DNA of 64,000 nt. Source: Candidatus Latescibacterota bacterium. GTDB taxonomy: Bacteria > Latescibacterota > UBA2968 > UBA8231. Of the stretch, positions 1 to 9,608 are shown piece after piece. The stretch's first letter is position 1; every line of letters begins with the position of its first letter. The stretch lies in contig CBDCSU010000005.1 in NCBI GenBank assembly GCA_965221775.1, positions 288,001 to 352,000 on the forward strand, in the 5' to 3' direction. The position numbers and the translations under genes were made by a program. The notes under the pieces are model-generated. The model did no database searches. It was not told where the DNA came from and saw nothing but the letters and a program-made list of their open reading frames with translations.

Positions 1-828
1 GTCGACGTTCTTGCCCTCCCGGAAGGAGCCGCGGAGCAACTCGTACATCCGGTCGTAGAGATCGCGAACCTCCCGGTATCCGGCGATGGCCTCCTCGCTG
101 CGCCCCATCTGGTCGAAGGCCTGCGCCTTGAGATAGGTGGCCTGGGCGATGACGGGACTGGTGGGATACAGCTCGAGGACGACTTCGGCCTCGTCGACGG
201 CCCTCTCGTACTCCTCCTTCTCGTAGTAGGAGGAGGCGATCCGGAACTGCGAGTCGGAGGCGTAACGGTCCTCGGGATAGGATTCCAGCATGCCCCGGAG
301 GGCGGTGATGGCGTCGTCGTAGCGCTCGAGGTTGAACAGGCTCCAGCCAGAGTAGAAGTACGCCTCCCCCGCCAGGTCGGAGCTGGGGAAGAGGTCGGCG
401 TAGCGCTTGTACTCCTCGGCGGCTTTGTCGAACTCCTTCTGCAGGAAGCGGGTCTCGGCCACGCGGAACTGCACGAGGGACCGGAAGTCCTCGTCCACCT
501 CCTCCATGGCGATCACCTCACGGAAGGCTCCCACCGCCTCCTCGTGCTGGCCGCTGCGCATGCGGGCGTTGCCCAGCTGGTACCAGGCCGCCGCCATCAC
601 CGGCAGCTCGAGGTCGTCGCCGAAGGTGACGCGCACGCTGTCGGTGCGCACGGCGGGGCTGTCGAACTTGACGATCTTCGAGTACTCGAGGATCGCCCCC
701 TCGTACTCGCCCAGGGCGTAGAGGCTCTGGCCGGCGTCGAAGTTCGTCTTCAGCGTCTGCGGCACCGGGAGGAACAGGCTGGTGCCCACCCCCAGCCCCA
801 GTGCGATCAGCCCGATCCAGATCGTCAT
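1..828 (-). CDS. Tetratricopeptide repeat protein (BamD/YbgF-like TPR array), 3' end runs off the window
   Basis: Absent from the ORF track because it has no stop in the window. Manual translation from ATG at 828: MTIWIGLIALGLGVGTSLFLP... hydrophobic N-terminus, then TPR helices (AWYQLGNARMRSGQHEEAVGAFREVI; AYFYSGWSLFNLERYDDAITAL; ESYPEDRYASDSQFRIASSYYEKEEYERA). Confidence 0.85.
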   Translation of the reverse strand, partial: MTIWIGLIALGLGVGTSLFLPVPQTLKTNFDAGQSLYALGEYEGAILEYSKIVKFDSPAVRTDSVRVTFGDDLELPVMAAAWYQLGNARMRSGQHEEAVGAFREVIAMEEVDEDFRSLVQFRVAETRFLQKEFDKAAEEYKRYADLFPSSDLAGEAYFYSGWSLFNLERYDDAITALRGMLESYPEDRYASDSQFRIASSYYEKEEYERAVDEAEVVLELYPTSPVIAQATYLKAQAFDQMGRSEEAIAGYREVRDLYDRMYELLRGSFREGKNVD

Positions 829-846
829 GGAAGGAGTCTCCTCTTC

Positions 847-1779
847 CTACAGTTGCCAGGCCAGGGAGAATCGGTGGGAGCCGTTGGCCTCGGACAGTTC
901 GAGGGGGATGTGGTAGCCGTAGTCGAAGAGCATCTTGTTCCACCGGTACCCCAGACCCGCGTTCAGGTCGCCCTTGGCGTCCTCTTCGAAGGCCCGGCTG
1001 CCGCCGGCGCGGAGCATCAGACCCTCCACCAGGCTCGTCTCCCCGCCCAGCACCAGACGGCTCTCCGAACCCTCGCCGCCCACGTCCCGGACCGACCACT
1101 GAACCGAGAGAAGCATCTGGTCCCGGCGGTGGCTCACGCCCACCGACAGGTCCATCGGAAGGTCCCCCGCCCCCGACTCCAGGGAGCCGCCGGACCCGCA
1201 GTTGCAGGTGGCGTTCGGCTGAAGGACGTTCTGCAGCTGAACCCCCAGACGAGCCCCCTGAAACGGTGTCCGCCACAGAAGACCCACGTCGGCGCCCACC
1301 GAACCCGCGCTCTGACCCGACACCGGATCGTTGCTGTCGAAGTCCGACACCTGCCAGAACACGTACTTGCCCGTCAGACCCAACTGAAGATCCCGGCTCA
1401 GGCGATAGCCCACGCCCAGAAACGCCCCGTTCTCCGACATCTGCTCCGAGCCGATGCGCTCGTAGCCCACCCCCAGCGCCAGACGGCCGCCCAGGGGCTG
1501 CGTCAGAGACACCACGTGCTGGCCGAGGTCGTCCTCCTCCAGACCCGAGTGCAGAAGCGACACGTTGGTGTACGCCACCTGGCGCCCCGTCAAGGTCGCC
1601 AGACCCGCCGGGTTGGCGAACATCGCATCGCCGTTGTCGGCCACCGCCACGAAGGCGTTGCCCAGGGACGCCGACCGCGCGCCGGCCCCGAGATTCTGGA
1701 TGTTCACCACCGCTTCCGAAACCGTCACCAGGGACAGAACGAAAGCGAGGGACAGGGTGATGGTGATCCGGCTTGCCAT
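847..1779 (-). CDS. PorV/PorP(SprF)-like (UPF0164/FadL-superfamily) outer-membrane beta-barrel protein
   Basis: Start re-called to MASRITITLSLAFVLSLVTVSEA (signal peptide) behind RBS AAGGAGGAG. N-terminal signature GAGARSASLGNAFVAVADNGDAMFANPAGLA, alternating beta-strands, C-terminus FDYGY...SHRFSLAWQL. Confidence 0.75.
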   Translation of the reverse strand: MASRITITLSLAFVLSLVTVSEAVVNIQNLGAGARSASLGNAFVAVADNGDAMFANPAGLATLTGRQVAYTNVSLLHSGLEEDDLGQHVVSLTQPLGGRLALGVGYERIGSEQMSENGAFLGVGYRLSRDLQLGLTGKYVFWQVSDFDSNDPVSGQSAGSVGADVGLLWRTPFQGARLGVQLQNVLQPNATCNCGSGGSLESGAGDLPMDLSVGVSHRRDQMLLSVQWSVRDVGGEGSESRLVLGGETSLVEGLMLRAGGSRAFEEDAKGDLNAGLGYRWNKMLFDYGYHIPLELSEANGSHRFSLAWQL

Positions 1780-1832
1780 TCTAGGCTCCTCCTTGCTGGC
1801 CGCCCGCGTCTCCCGCGGGCCTGGGCGCGACA

Positions 1833-2585
1833 TCAGCCGGCCGCCTCGATCTCGAGGCGGCCGTCGCGGAAGATCCGGCCGATGTCGCGCTGGAATCGGC
1901 AGTTGATCCGTACCGTCTCCACGGGCTCGTTGCGGTGGTCGAACCGCAACACGGCGTCGTGGATGACGACTTCGACTTCGCTCACGTCGTGGTGGAGAGC
2001 GGGGAAGATGAGGAACCCCTCCACCTCCTGGCCGACGAAGACCTCCTCGTTCTTGTAGAGAGTTCGCCGCAGCAGATCGAGACGCTCCTGGTAGCGGGCG
2101 TACTCGTTGCCGCGGAAACCGGTGGCGTAGGCCCGGTAATAGGTGTCGAGCTGCTGCAGCTGCAGGCTCCAGTACTCCGCGCCGCTCGCCGAGCGCAGGA
2201 CGACGCGCGCGGGATCGATCTTGACCTTGGGGTAGCGGTGGTTGGCGACCCGGAGGTGAAAGGTGGTGAACCGGGACCGCTCGCCGTCACCCTCCCAGAA
2301 GCGGGTGTCGCCGAAGGTGTAGGGATTGGTCGACTGGGGCCCGGAGACCGAATGGGGGAGGAACTGGCGGTTGAGATCGTCATCTGTGAGGGCCTGAAGC
2401 TCGACTCGGAAATCCCCCTGGACGAAGGCGACGCCGCCTTGATCCGCAACCGTGCTGCCCGGCGGCTGCAGGAGGGAAGGCTGCAGGGGGCCGGCGTAAT
2501 GATAGTAACCGCAGCCGGAGGCGCCACACAACCCCAGCACGGCCGGGAGCCAGAGCGCACGTCGAAGGCGGGGGCATGGGATCAT
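1833..2585 (-). CDS. Hypothetical lipoprotein
   Basis: 250 aa with basic N-terminus, hydrophobic stretch and lipobox-like ASGC. Co-oriented with the PorV-like gene. No family recognised. Confidence 0.7.
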   Translation of the reverse strand: MIPCPRLRRALWLPAVLGLCGASGCGYYHYAGPLQPSLLQPPGSTVADQGGVAFVQGDFRVELQALTDDDLNRQFLPHSVSGPQSTNPYTFGDTRFWEGDGERSRFTTFHLRVANHRYPKVKIDPARVVLRSASGAEYWSLQLQQLDTYYRAYATGFRGNEYARYQERLDLLRRTLYKNEEVFVGQEVEGFLIFPALHHDVSEVEVVIHDAVLRFDHRNEPVETVRINCRFQRDIGRIFRDGRLEIEAAG

Positions 2586-2618
2586 CGGCTGTCCGCGGAG
2601 TCCTCTCGGTCAAGGGCC

Positions 2619-3503
2619 TTAATATAGTGTTTGAGGCGCGGCAAATGTAGATTTTATCCGGCCCCAGGTCGAGGACCGGACGAGGGTGGGGACCATGGGC
2701 GCCAGCCTCAGGTCCGTGAAGCGGTCGGCCAGCCGGAAGGCGTTGTGCCCGCCGGAGAGGGACCACTTGGCGTCGAGCAGCTCCGAGTGCTCGTCGTAGT
2801 CGGCGAACTCCAGGTTGAACCCGATGACGTCGTCGGCGGCCAGCAGCCGGCGGCGGCTCAGGAAGTCGGCCGTCATGTTGACCTCGTCGAAGACGGCCAG
2901 ACTGAACTCGTAGCTGACCACCGCCGGCCCTCCCTCGGGCCCCTCGACGGCCATCGCCGCCCGCGTGTACGCTCCGTCGGGCTCGGAGTACCATGCGGCG
3001 CCGGAGAAGTTCACCAGGAAATCCCCGTCCTCGTGGGGGCCGGCGAGCACGAAGTGGCTCGCCTGGGCGCCGTTGCGCTCGAACTGCTCGCCCTGGCTCA
3101 GGTCGCTGAAGTCGGCGTACTGGCCTCCGGAGTGGTCGCCGTCGACGAAGATCTCCAGGTCGTCGTCCTGGAAGATGCGGGTGGTGGCCGTCCCCTCGGG
3201 GCGGTCGACCTGGTGGATGTCGTCGCGGACCTGGGCGGCGAGGTAGATCCGATTGGTGTGCGGGCTCCAGCCGAGCCATACCAGGATGTCCAGATCCTCT
3301 GCGTCGGCAGGAGCTTCACCCACGAGATCGACGAAGTCCTCCGTCGTCAGCGTCGCCCGGCCGGCCTGCGCCCAGTCCCCCAGCTGGCCGTCCACCTCGG
3401 GGGCCGCGCCCTCCGGGAACTGGAGGGCGGTTACCTCCCGGCCTAGGGGCAGGTGGCCGCTGGCCGACGACGCCAGCAGGAGAGCCAGCCAGAAGGCTCG
3501 CAT
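2619..3503 (-). CDS. Secreted CBM9/DOMON-like sugar-binding protein with C-terminal TWGRIK motif
   Basis: Signal peptide MRAFWLALLLASSASG. CBM9-like motifs PEVDGQLGDW, IYLAAQVRDD, DDDLEIFVDGD, YEFSL, IGFNLEFADYD. Tail VRSSTWGRIKSTF. Confidence 0.7.
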   Translation of the reverse strand: MRAFWLALLLASSASGHLPLGREVTALQFPEGAAPEVDGQLGDWAQAGRATLTTEDFVDLVGEAPADAEDLDILVWLGWSPHTNRIYLAAQVRDDIHQVDRPEGTATTRIFQDDDLEIFVDGDHSGGQYADFSDLSQGEQFERNGAQASHFVLAGPHEDGDFLVNFSGAAWYSEPDGAYTRAAMAVEGPEGGPAVVSYEFSLAVFDEVNMTADFLSRRRLLAADDVIGFNLEFADYDEHSELLDAKWSLSGGHNAFRLADRFTDLRLAPMVPTLVRSSTWGRIKSTFAAPQTLY

Positions 3504-3730
3504 GCCGGCCGGAGCCGAACTGTGGCGCGGGCAGGTCAAGGTCGGTGTCGGGGAGAGGTTCCAGTCGAGGGGGATGGTGGCGGATCGGTCGCGCGTAAGA
3601 TAGCCCCCCGCCGGAGGCCGGCAACCGGCCCTCGGCCCGCACCGGCCGGACGCTTCAGGCCCGTCCCGCGACGGCTCCGGAGGAGGGGTCCTTGCCCGGC
3701 TGCGGCGCCTCCGTAGGTTCCGTCACACCG

Positions 3731-5215
3731 ATGATTCGACGATCGAGCCTCCCCTTGGCGCTGGCCCTCTGCCTGGCTTGCGGCCCCTCGCGGCAGCCTC
3801 CCGGGGAGACCGACGCCGCAGAGCGGCACCTGGCGGAAGGCCGGTACGGCGAGGCCCTGGCGCTCCTGCGGGAGCAGCTCGCGTCGGGGGATCTCCCTCG
3901 AGTGCACGCCGGCCTCGGGCACGCTCATGCCCGCCTCGGGCGCCTGGACTCCGCCGCCGCCCACTACCAGGCCAGCCTCTCCTTCGATCCGCGGCGGGTG
4001 GAGGTCCAGCACAACCTCGGCGTCGTACTGGCCGACCTCGGGCGCTTCGACGAGGCCGTGGCCGCCCTCGAGCGCGCCGTCGACCTGGACCCCGGATCCG
4101 CGGCCTCCCACCTGACCCTCGGTCTCTTCAGGCGGAAGGTCGGCGACTACGAGCGTGCCGAAGCCGCCTTCCGTGCGGCCGCCGCTGCCGGAGACCCTTC
4201 CGCTCACCGCCACCTCGGCGGACTCTACGTCCGGCTCGGCCGCTACGACGAGGCCGACCGGGAGCTGGAGCAGGCCCTGAAGGCGGATCCCCAGGACGCC
4301 GAGAGCCACCGCCTGTCGGCGGTCTCGATGAGGTCCCGCGGCGACCTGGAGGGGGCCGCGGTCTCCTTCTCCCGGGCGGTGGAGCTGAACCCCCGCGACC
4401 CCGAGGCCCTCTTCGGCCTGGCCAACCTCCTGATCGCCTCGGGCGACGCCGAGGGCGGCAGACAGCTGCTGGAGCGTTTCGAGCGGCTGCGCCAGGGCGC
4501 CGGCGAGGTCGAGCGGCTGCGCCGCCTTCTGGATACGAGCCCCGGGGACCTGGAGGCGCGGATGACCCTCGCCGGGAGGCTCCTGCGGGACGGCCTCGAG
4601 CCGGAGGCGGCGAGACAGTACGAGGCGGTGCTGGCCTACGACCCCGGGCAGGTCGACGCCCGGCTGCGCCTGGGGCGGCTGTACCGCGACCTCGGCGACA
4701 CGCTCCGGGCCCTCCAGGTGCTGTCCGCCGCACCCCTCGAGGACGCGCGCCTGGCCTTCTTCCTCGGCTCCCTGCAACTGATGCGCGGCGACCTGGAGGC
4801 GGGCGCCGCCACCCTCGAGGGCGCCGCGGCCCTGGACCCCGGCCACGGGGAGGTCCTCAACAACCTCGGCAACGTCCGCCTGATGCAGGGGAACCCCGAG
4901 GCGGCGGCCGCCGCCTTCCGCCGCGCCCTCGCCGCCGCCGCGCCCTCGGCGCAGGCCGCCCTCAACCTGGGGACCCTCTGGGTCCGGGCCGGGCGTGAGG
5001 ACAGCGCCGCCGTCTGCTACCGGCTGGCCCTGGGAATCGACCCGGACCTGGCCGCCGCCCATCTCGCCCTCGCCCGCCTGCACGACCGCGGCGGCCGCCG
5101 CGACGAGGCCGCCGCCGCGTACGAGCGTCTGCTCGCGGCCTCGCCGGACCCGGCCCTGCAGGAGGAGGCCCGGGTCTTCCTGCGCCGCTGGAGAGAGCTG
5201 TCCGGCGGCGGCTGA
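3731..5215 (+). CDS. Tetratricopeptide repeat lipoprotein
   Basis: MIRRSSLPLALALCLAC lipobox. About 10 TPR units (VQHNLGVVLADLGRFDEAVAALERAVDLDP; ALFGLANLL; VLNNLGNVRLMQG). Confidence 0.85.
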   Translation: MIRRSSLPLALALCLACGPSRQPPGETDAAERHLAEGRYGEALALLREQLASGDLPRVHAGLGHAHARLGRLDSAAAHYQASLSFDPRRVEVQHNLGVVLADLGRFDEAVAALERAVDLDPGSAASHLTLGLFRRKVGDYERAEAAFRAAAAAGDPSAHRHLGGLYVRLGRYDEADRELEQALKADPQDAESHRLSAVSMRSRGDLEGAAVSFSRAVELNPRDPEALFGLANLLIASGDAEGGRQLLERFERLRQGAGEVERLRRLLDTSPGDLEARMTLAGRLLRDGLEPEAARQYEAVLAYDPGQVDARLRLGRLYRDLGDTLRALQVLSAAPLEDARLAFFLGSLQLMRGDLEAGAATLEGAAALDPGHGEVLNNLGNVRLMQGNPEAAAAAFRRALAAAAPSAQAALNLGTLWVRAGREDSAAVCYRLALGIDPDLAAAHLALARLHDRGGRRDEAAAAYERLLAASPDPALQEEARVFLRRWRELSGGG

Positions 5216-5216
5216 C

Positions 5217-6962
5217 GTGACTCCCTGGACCCTCGTGGCCCTGGCTGCCGCCCTGGCGGGCTGCCAGCCGGAGGCGTCCCCCCGGGCCGCCCCGCCCGCG
5301 GCAGGGCCGCCGCCGGCGCGGTTCGCCGTCCGCTTCGTCGACGTGGCCGCCGAGGTCGGCCTCGACGCCCTCCACGTGAACGGCTTCAGCGAGGCGCGGT
5401 TCTTCCCCGAGACCATGGGCGGCGGCGGCCTGTTGTGGGACTACGACCGCGACGGCTGGCTCGACGTGTACCTCGTCAACGGCAGACCCCTCTCCCCGGA
5501 TGCGGACGCGGACGCCCCCCCCGTCGGCAACCGGCTGTTCCGCGGCCTCGGGGACGGCACCTTCGCGGAGGCGACCTCCGCGGCGGGCGTGGGCCACCGG
5601 GGCTACGGCAACGGCTGCGTCGCCGGCGATCTCGACGGCGACGGCGACGACGAACTCTACGTCACCAACTACGGCGGCGACGTGCTCTTCCGGAACGACG
5701 CCGGCGCCTTCCGCGACGTCACCTCCGCCGCCGGCCTCGGAGACCCGGGCTGGGGCACGGGGTGCGCCGTCCTCGACCACGACCTCGACGGCGACCTCGA
5801 CCTCTACGTGGCGCGCTACGTCGACTACGAGCTGGCCGACGCCGGGACGGAGACGGTCCCGTACCTCTCCCGCTCCGAGGGCGCCGGCCCCGGCGGGCCG
5901 AAGGGATACCCCCATCCCGACAACTTCGACGGCCTCGGCGACCTGCTGCTGCGCAACGACGGCGGGCCGGGTCCGGCCTTCACCGACGTGTCGGCCGCCG
6001 CCGGCGTCCATCTGGCCGGCGGCAAGGGCCTGGGCGTGGTCACCGGCGACGTGGACGGCGACGGCTGGACGGACCTGTACGTGGCCAACGACGCGACGCC
6101 GAACTTCCTCTTCATCAATCGCCGGGACGGGACCTTCGAGGAGCGCGGAGCCCTCTCGGGGGTCGCCTACGGCGAGAGCGGCCTGCCGGAGGCGGGCATG
6201 GGGGTCGACGCCGCCGACTACGACGGCGACGGCCGCCTCGACCTCACGGTGACCAACTTCCAGGGCGAGCCGAACAGCCTCTTCCGCAACCAGGGGGACG
6301 GGTCCTACTTCCTGCCCCAGGCTTTCGCCTCGGGCACCGGCGCCGTCACCGTCCCCGCCCTGGCCTTCGGCACCAACTGGGTCGACGTCGACGGCGACGG
6401 CCGCCTCGACCTGTTCGCGGCCAACGGCCACGTCCTCGACAACGTCCGCGCCTTCGACCGGTCGACGACCTACCGCCAGCGCAACTTCCTGTTCCACAAC
6501 CGCGGGCCGGGGGCCTACGGCAACACCCTCTTCGCCGACGTCACCGCCATCGCCGGCCCGGGGCTGGCCCAGGAGCGCGTGAGCCGCGGCTCGGCCGCCG
6601 GCGACCTGGACAACGACGGCGACGCCGACCTTCTGGTGATCAACCTCGGGGACCGGGTGTCGGTGCTGCGCAACGAGGGCGGCAACGGCAACGGCTGGCT
6701 GTCGGTGCGCCTGCGGCGGGCCTCCTGCGGCAGCGGCGAGGGCGCCCGGCTGCGCCTGCACTCGCCGTCGGGGACGCAGTGGCGGGAGGTCAGCAGCGGC
6801 CGCAGCTATCTGTCCCAGAGCGATCCCCGGGTGCTCTTCGGCCTCGGACCGGACAGCCGGGTGGACAGCCTGGAGGTCTGGTGGCCGGGCGGGGCCCGCG
6901 AGGTCTACCGGGACCTGGAGGCGGGCCGGTTCCTCGACCTGGTCGAGGGCGGGGCCCCCTGA
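5217..6962 (+). CDS. CRTAC1 / ASPIC-UnbV family FG-GAP repeat protein (lipoprotein)
   Basis: GTG start 1 nt after the TPR gene stop, lipobox LAGC. ETMGGG..WDYDRDGWLDVYLVNG, multiple DxDGDG FG-GAP repeats, AGMGVDAADYDGDG, C-terminal ASPIC/UnbV GRSYLSQSDPRVLFGLG...LEVWWPGG. Confidence 0.9.
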   Translation: MTPWTLVALAAALAGCQPEASPRAAPPAAGPPPARFAVRFVDVAAEVGLDALHVNGFSEARFFPETMGGGGLLWDYDRDGWLDVYLVNGRPLSPDADADAPPVGNRLFRGLGDGTFAEATSAAGVGHRGYGNGCVAGDLDGDGDDELYVTNYGGDVLFRNDAGAFRDVTSAAGLGDPGWGTGCAVLDHDLDGDLDLYVARYVDYELADAGTETVPYLSRSEGAGPGGPKGYPHPDNFDGLGDLLLRNDGGPGPAFTDVSAAAGVHLAGGKGLGVVTGDVDGDGWTDLYVANDATPNFLFINRRDGTFEERGALSGVAYGESGLPEAGMGVDAADYDGDGRLDLTVTNFQGEPNSLFRNQGDGSYFLPQAFASGTGAVTVPALAFGTNWVDVDGDGRLDLFAANGHVLDNVRAFDRSTTYRQRNFLFHNRGPGAYGNTLFADVTAIAGPGLAQERVSRGSAAGDLDNDGDADLLVINLGDRVSVLRNEGGNGNGWLSVRLRRASCGSGEGARLRLHSPSGTQWREVSSGRSYLSQSDPRVLFGLGPDSRVDSLEVWWPGGAREVYRDLEAGRFLDLVEGGAP

Positions 6963-6971
6963 AGCCTCCCG

Positions 6972-9608
6972 CTACGGCTCTATGCCCGCGTAGATGGTGA
7001 TGAAGCCCCGCGTCCGGGTCTTCACCGGCTCGAAGCGAAGGTCGCGGCGGCTGACCTCGAAACCGAGGGTGGTCGTCAGCAGGTAGCCCTGGTAGTCGGA
7101 GAGGTTCATGATCTGCACCGTCGTCGTCAGCCCCCGGTAGGAGGGGCTGGCCCCTGGGGGCACCGGGTCCCGCAGCTGGCTGAAGACCTCGTACTCCACG
7201 CCCCCTTCGACGAAGCTCTTCTGCATGATCGGGTGGCGCAGGACGATCATGAAGAGCTCGGTCAGCTCCTGGCGGCGCGCCTCTTCCCGCGCCACCGGGG
7301 CCGAGCGCGACCACTCGCTCTTCCACCGGGGGGTGATGAGCGTCGACCCGAGGCTCCAGCTGTAGTGGGCCTTGTTGATCATCCCGAGGAACCAGGACGA
7401 CCGGCGCTGGCCCCGCAGCTCCAGGTCGAGGGCGTCGTCGACCTGCCGCCACCAGGTCCACTTCACCTTGTTGTCCAGGGAGATACCGCCTCTCCGGTGC
7501 TGCCAGCCCGCCCAGGTGGTGTTCACCCACGTGTCCTGCGCCGCCAGCGGGTCGAGAACGGGGAAGAGGTCCCCCCGGGCGTTGGGCAGCTGCACCCACT
7601 GCAGCAGGTCGTCGCGGATCGTGTCCCTCACCCTGCGCAGGTCCTGGAAGAGACGCAGGCGGCCCCGGGCGGCGGTGTTCCAGTCGACGGCGACCTGTCC
7701 GTAGTGGGCCCGGTTGTGGCGGTCGTCGGAGATCTGCTCCACATCCATGCGGCCCAGGGTGAGGCGCACGTCGGGCCCGAGGTGGAAACCGCCGTAGAGG
7801 TTGAAGCCCTGCTGGTCGCGCCGGTAGGGGAAGTCGGGCCGCTCGTCGTTCTCGAAGCGGTCCACCGTGCCGTTGTGGTTGGCGTCGACGCCGTAGAGGT
7901 ACGCCGGGCGGTCGGCGAAGTAGCGCAGGAAGGGCTCCTCCCAGTCGGGGAGCAGGTTCTGGCGCTCCTCGTTGTCGTTCTGGTTGAAGTCCCAGATGCG
8001 GTCGTTGTTCTCGTCGAGCCCCGGGAAGACGTCCTCGTCCCCCGCGCTCGAGCCCTTGCGGCGCCAGTCCGGAGCCCTGTCGTAGTCGTCGTTGTCCTCG
8101 ACGAACTCGTAGATCTCGAAGACGTTGTCGTAGTCCGGCACCGAGGTCTCCTTCTCCACCGTGGCGAAGGAGGTCGAGTACCCCGGGTCCATGCCGAAGG
8201 CCTCGAGGAGGCCGAACCACGGGTAGTCCTTGCGGGAGACGTTGAGCAGCCACCCCAGGGACCGGTCCCGGGCGGTCTCGTGGCGCTCCCGGTGCGGGTT
8301 GGGGTACTTGCGGTAGCGGTGGTTGAGGTTGACCTCGAGGTAGGCGTCGAGGCCGTGGAGGTCCGTCGTCTGCACCGTGAAGCCGGCGATCTGGTTGCCC
8401 GTGGGCATGCCGTAGTCGAAGCGCAGGACGCGCTGGTTGGAGCCGTCCCTGACGTTGCCCCGGGCCCTGGCGAGGGGGAGGAAGACGACGACGCCGTCGG
8501 CGTTGACCTGGCGGTCGGAGGCGATGTCGATGCGGTAGTCGTTGGCCACCACCAGCTCGACCTCGACGCGCTCGATCTCCGTCGGGTCGGGCCCGGCGTA
8601 GGTGCGGTCGCCGAAGTCGTAGGTGACGACGATCTCGTCGCCGTCGGCCGCCAGGAACCCGGCCCGCTGCAGGCCGCCCTCCACGAGGGGGCGGAAGCCG
8701 ATCTCGGAGGCGCGGACGGTGCCGCCGTCGAAGTCGTGGATGCGCAGGTCCGAGGAGAACAGGGCGCCGCCCGAGCCGTCCCCGGGGGAGTCGTCGGAGA
8801 TGCGCACCTGGATGCGGCCGACGGTGCGGAAGTTCTGGCCCTCCGAGAGCACGCCGGAGATGATGTCGCTGCCGAAGCCGTCGAGCTGGGTCACCGAGTG
8901 GTGGGCGTTGACGTAGGTGCCGCCCACGACCAGGAAGTCGCCGATCTGGGACTCCATCCGGCCCCCGAAGAGGTTGGTGTTGCTGGTGCGACCCTCCGGC
9001 AGGAACGAGGGCGAGTTGGGCTCGTTGATGCGCGACAGGAGGAGGGTGACGGCGTGCTTGTCGGAGGCGAAGTCCCACTGCAGGCCGTTGAACTCCGGCT
9101 TGCTGAAGGTCATCGGCGTCAAGGTGGTGCGGATGCGGTTGCCCACGGTGACCGCCAGGTGGTACTGCCCCTTGTGGTCGGAGGCCACGGCGAGGCTCGA
9201 GAACCAGCCGCTGAAGCGTCCCGTCTTCTCCAGCACGCTGCCGAAGGGCACCGAGTTCTGCTGGCGCCAGTCGTAGACCAGCCAGCCGCGGGTCAGCAGG
9301 TTGCCGTAGGCGTCGTACCAGTAGTCGCCCTCCAGCGACGTGGAGACGTAGCGCTGGTAGTTCTGGCGGGCGTAGTTGGAGTACTGCCACTGCTTCCACT
9401 GGTATTCCGCGTACAGCTCCTGGGGCACGTACCACTTGCGCAGGGCCGGGTCGAGGGCGTCGAAGAGCACCCCCGGCCCCGTGGGCTCGAAGCTGACCCG
9501 GCCGCCGCGCTTGACCGTGCCCAGGCGGGCGCCGTAGTCCTGGGCCCCGGCGGCGGCGGCCAGCAGGAGAATCGTCAGTATCCGCACCATCCCCTTCTCC
9601 CCGCTCAT
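6972..9608 (-). CDS. Uncharacterised large exported protein, putative outer-membrane protein (paralog 1)
   Basis: Real coding part of ORF 6972..11099. Start MSGEKGMVRILTILLLAAAAGAQ overlaps the upstream stop (TGATG); alternative ATG at 9590. Trp/Tyr-rich, Asp/Asn-rich central segment, amphipathic beta-strand C-terminus. Colinear paralog of 11548..14280. Confidence 0.75.
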   Translation of the reverse strand: MSGEKGMVRILTILLLAAAAGAQDYGARLGTVKRGGRVSFEPTGPGVLFDALDPALRKWYVPQELYAEYQWKQWQYSNYARQNYQRYVSTSLEGDYWYDAYGNLLTRGWLVYDWRQQNSVPFGSVLEKTGRFSGWFSSLAVASDHKGQYHLAVTVGNRIRTTLTPMTFSKPEFNGLQWDFASDKHAVTLLLSRINEPNSPSFLPEGRTSNTNLFGGRMESQIGDFLVVGGTYVNAHHSVTQLDGFGSDIISGVLSEGQNFRTVGRIQVRISDDSPGDGSGGALFSSDLRIHDFDGGTVRASEIGFRPLVEGGLQRAGFLAADGDEIVVTYDFGDRTYAGPDPTEIERVEVELVVANDYRIDIASDRQVNADGVVVFLPLARARGNVRDGSNQRVLRFDYGMPTGNQIAGFTVQTTDLHGLDAYLEVNLNHRYRKYPNPHRERHETARDRSLGWLLNVSRKDYPWFGLLEAFGMDPGYSTSFATVEKETSVPDYDNVFEIYEFVEDNDDYDRAPDWRRKGSSAGDEDVFPGLDENNDRIWDFNQNDNEERQNLLPDWEEPFLRYFADRPAYLYGVDANHNGTVDRFENDERPDFPYRRDQQGFNLYGGFHLGPDVRLTLGRMDVEQISDDRHNRAHYGQVAVDWNTAARGRLRLFQDLRRVRDTIRDDLLQWVQLPNARGDLFPVLDPLAAQDTWVNTTWAGWQHRRGGISLDNKVKWTWWRQVDDALDLELRGQRRSSWFLGMINKAHYSWSLGSTLITPRWKSEWSRSAPVAREEARRQELTELFMIVLRHPIMQKSFVEGGVEYEVFSQLRDPVPPGASPSYRGLTTTVQIMNLSDYQGYLLTTTLGFEVSRRDLRFEPVKTRTRGFITIYAGIEP

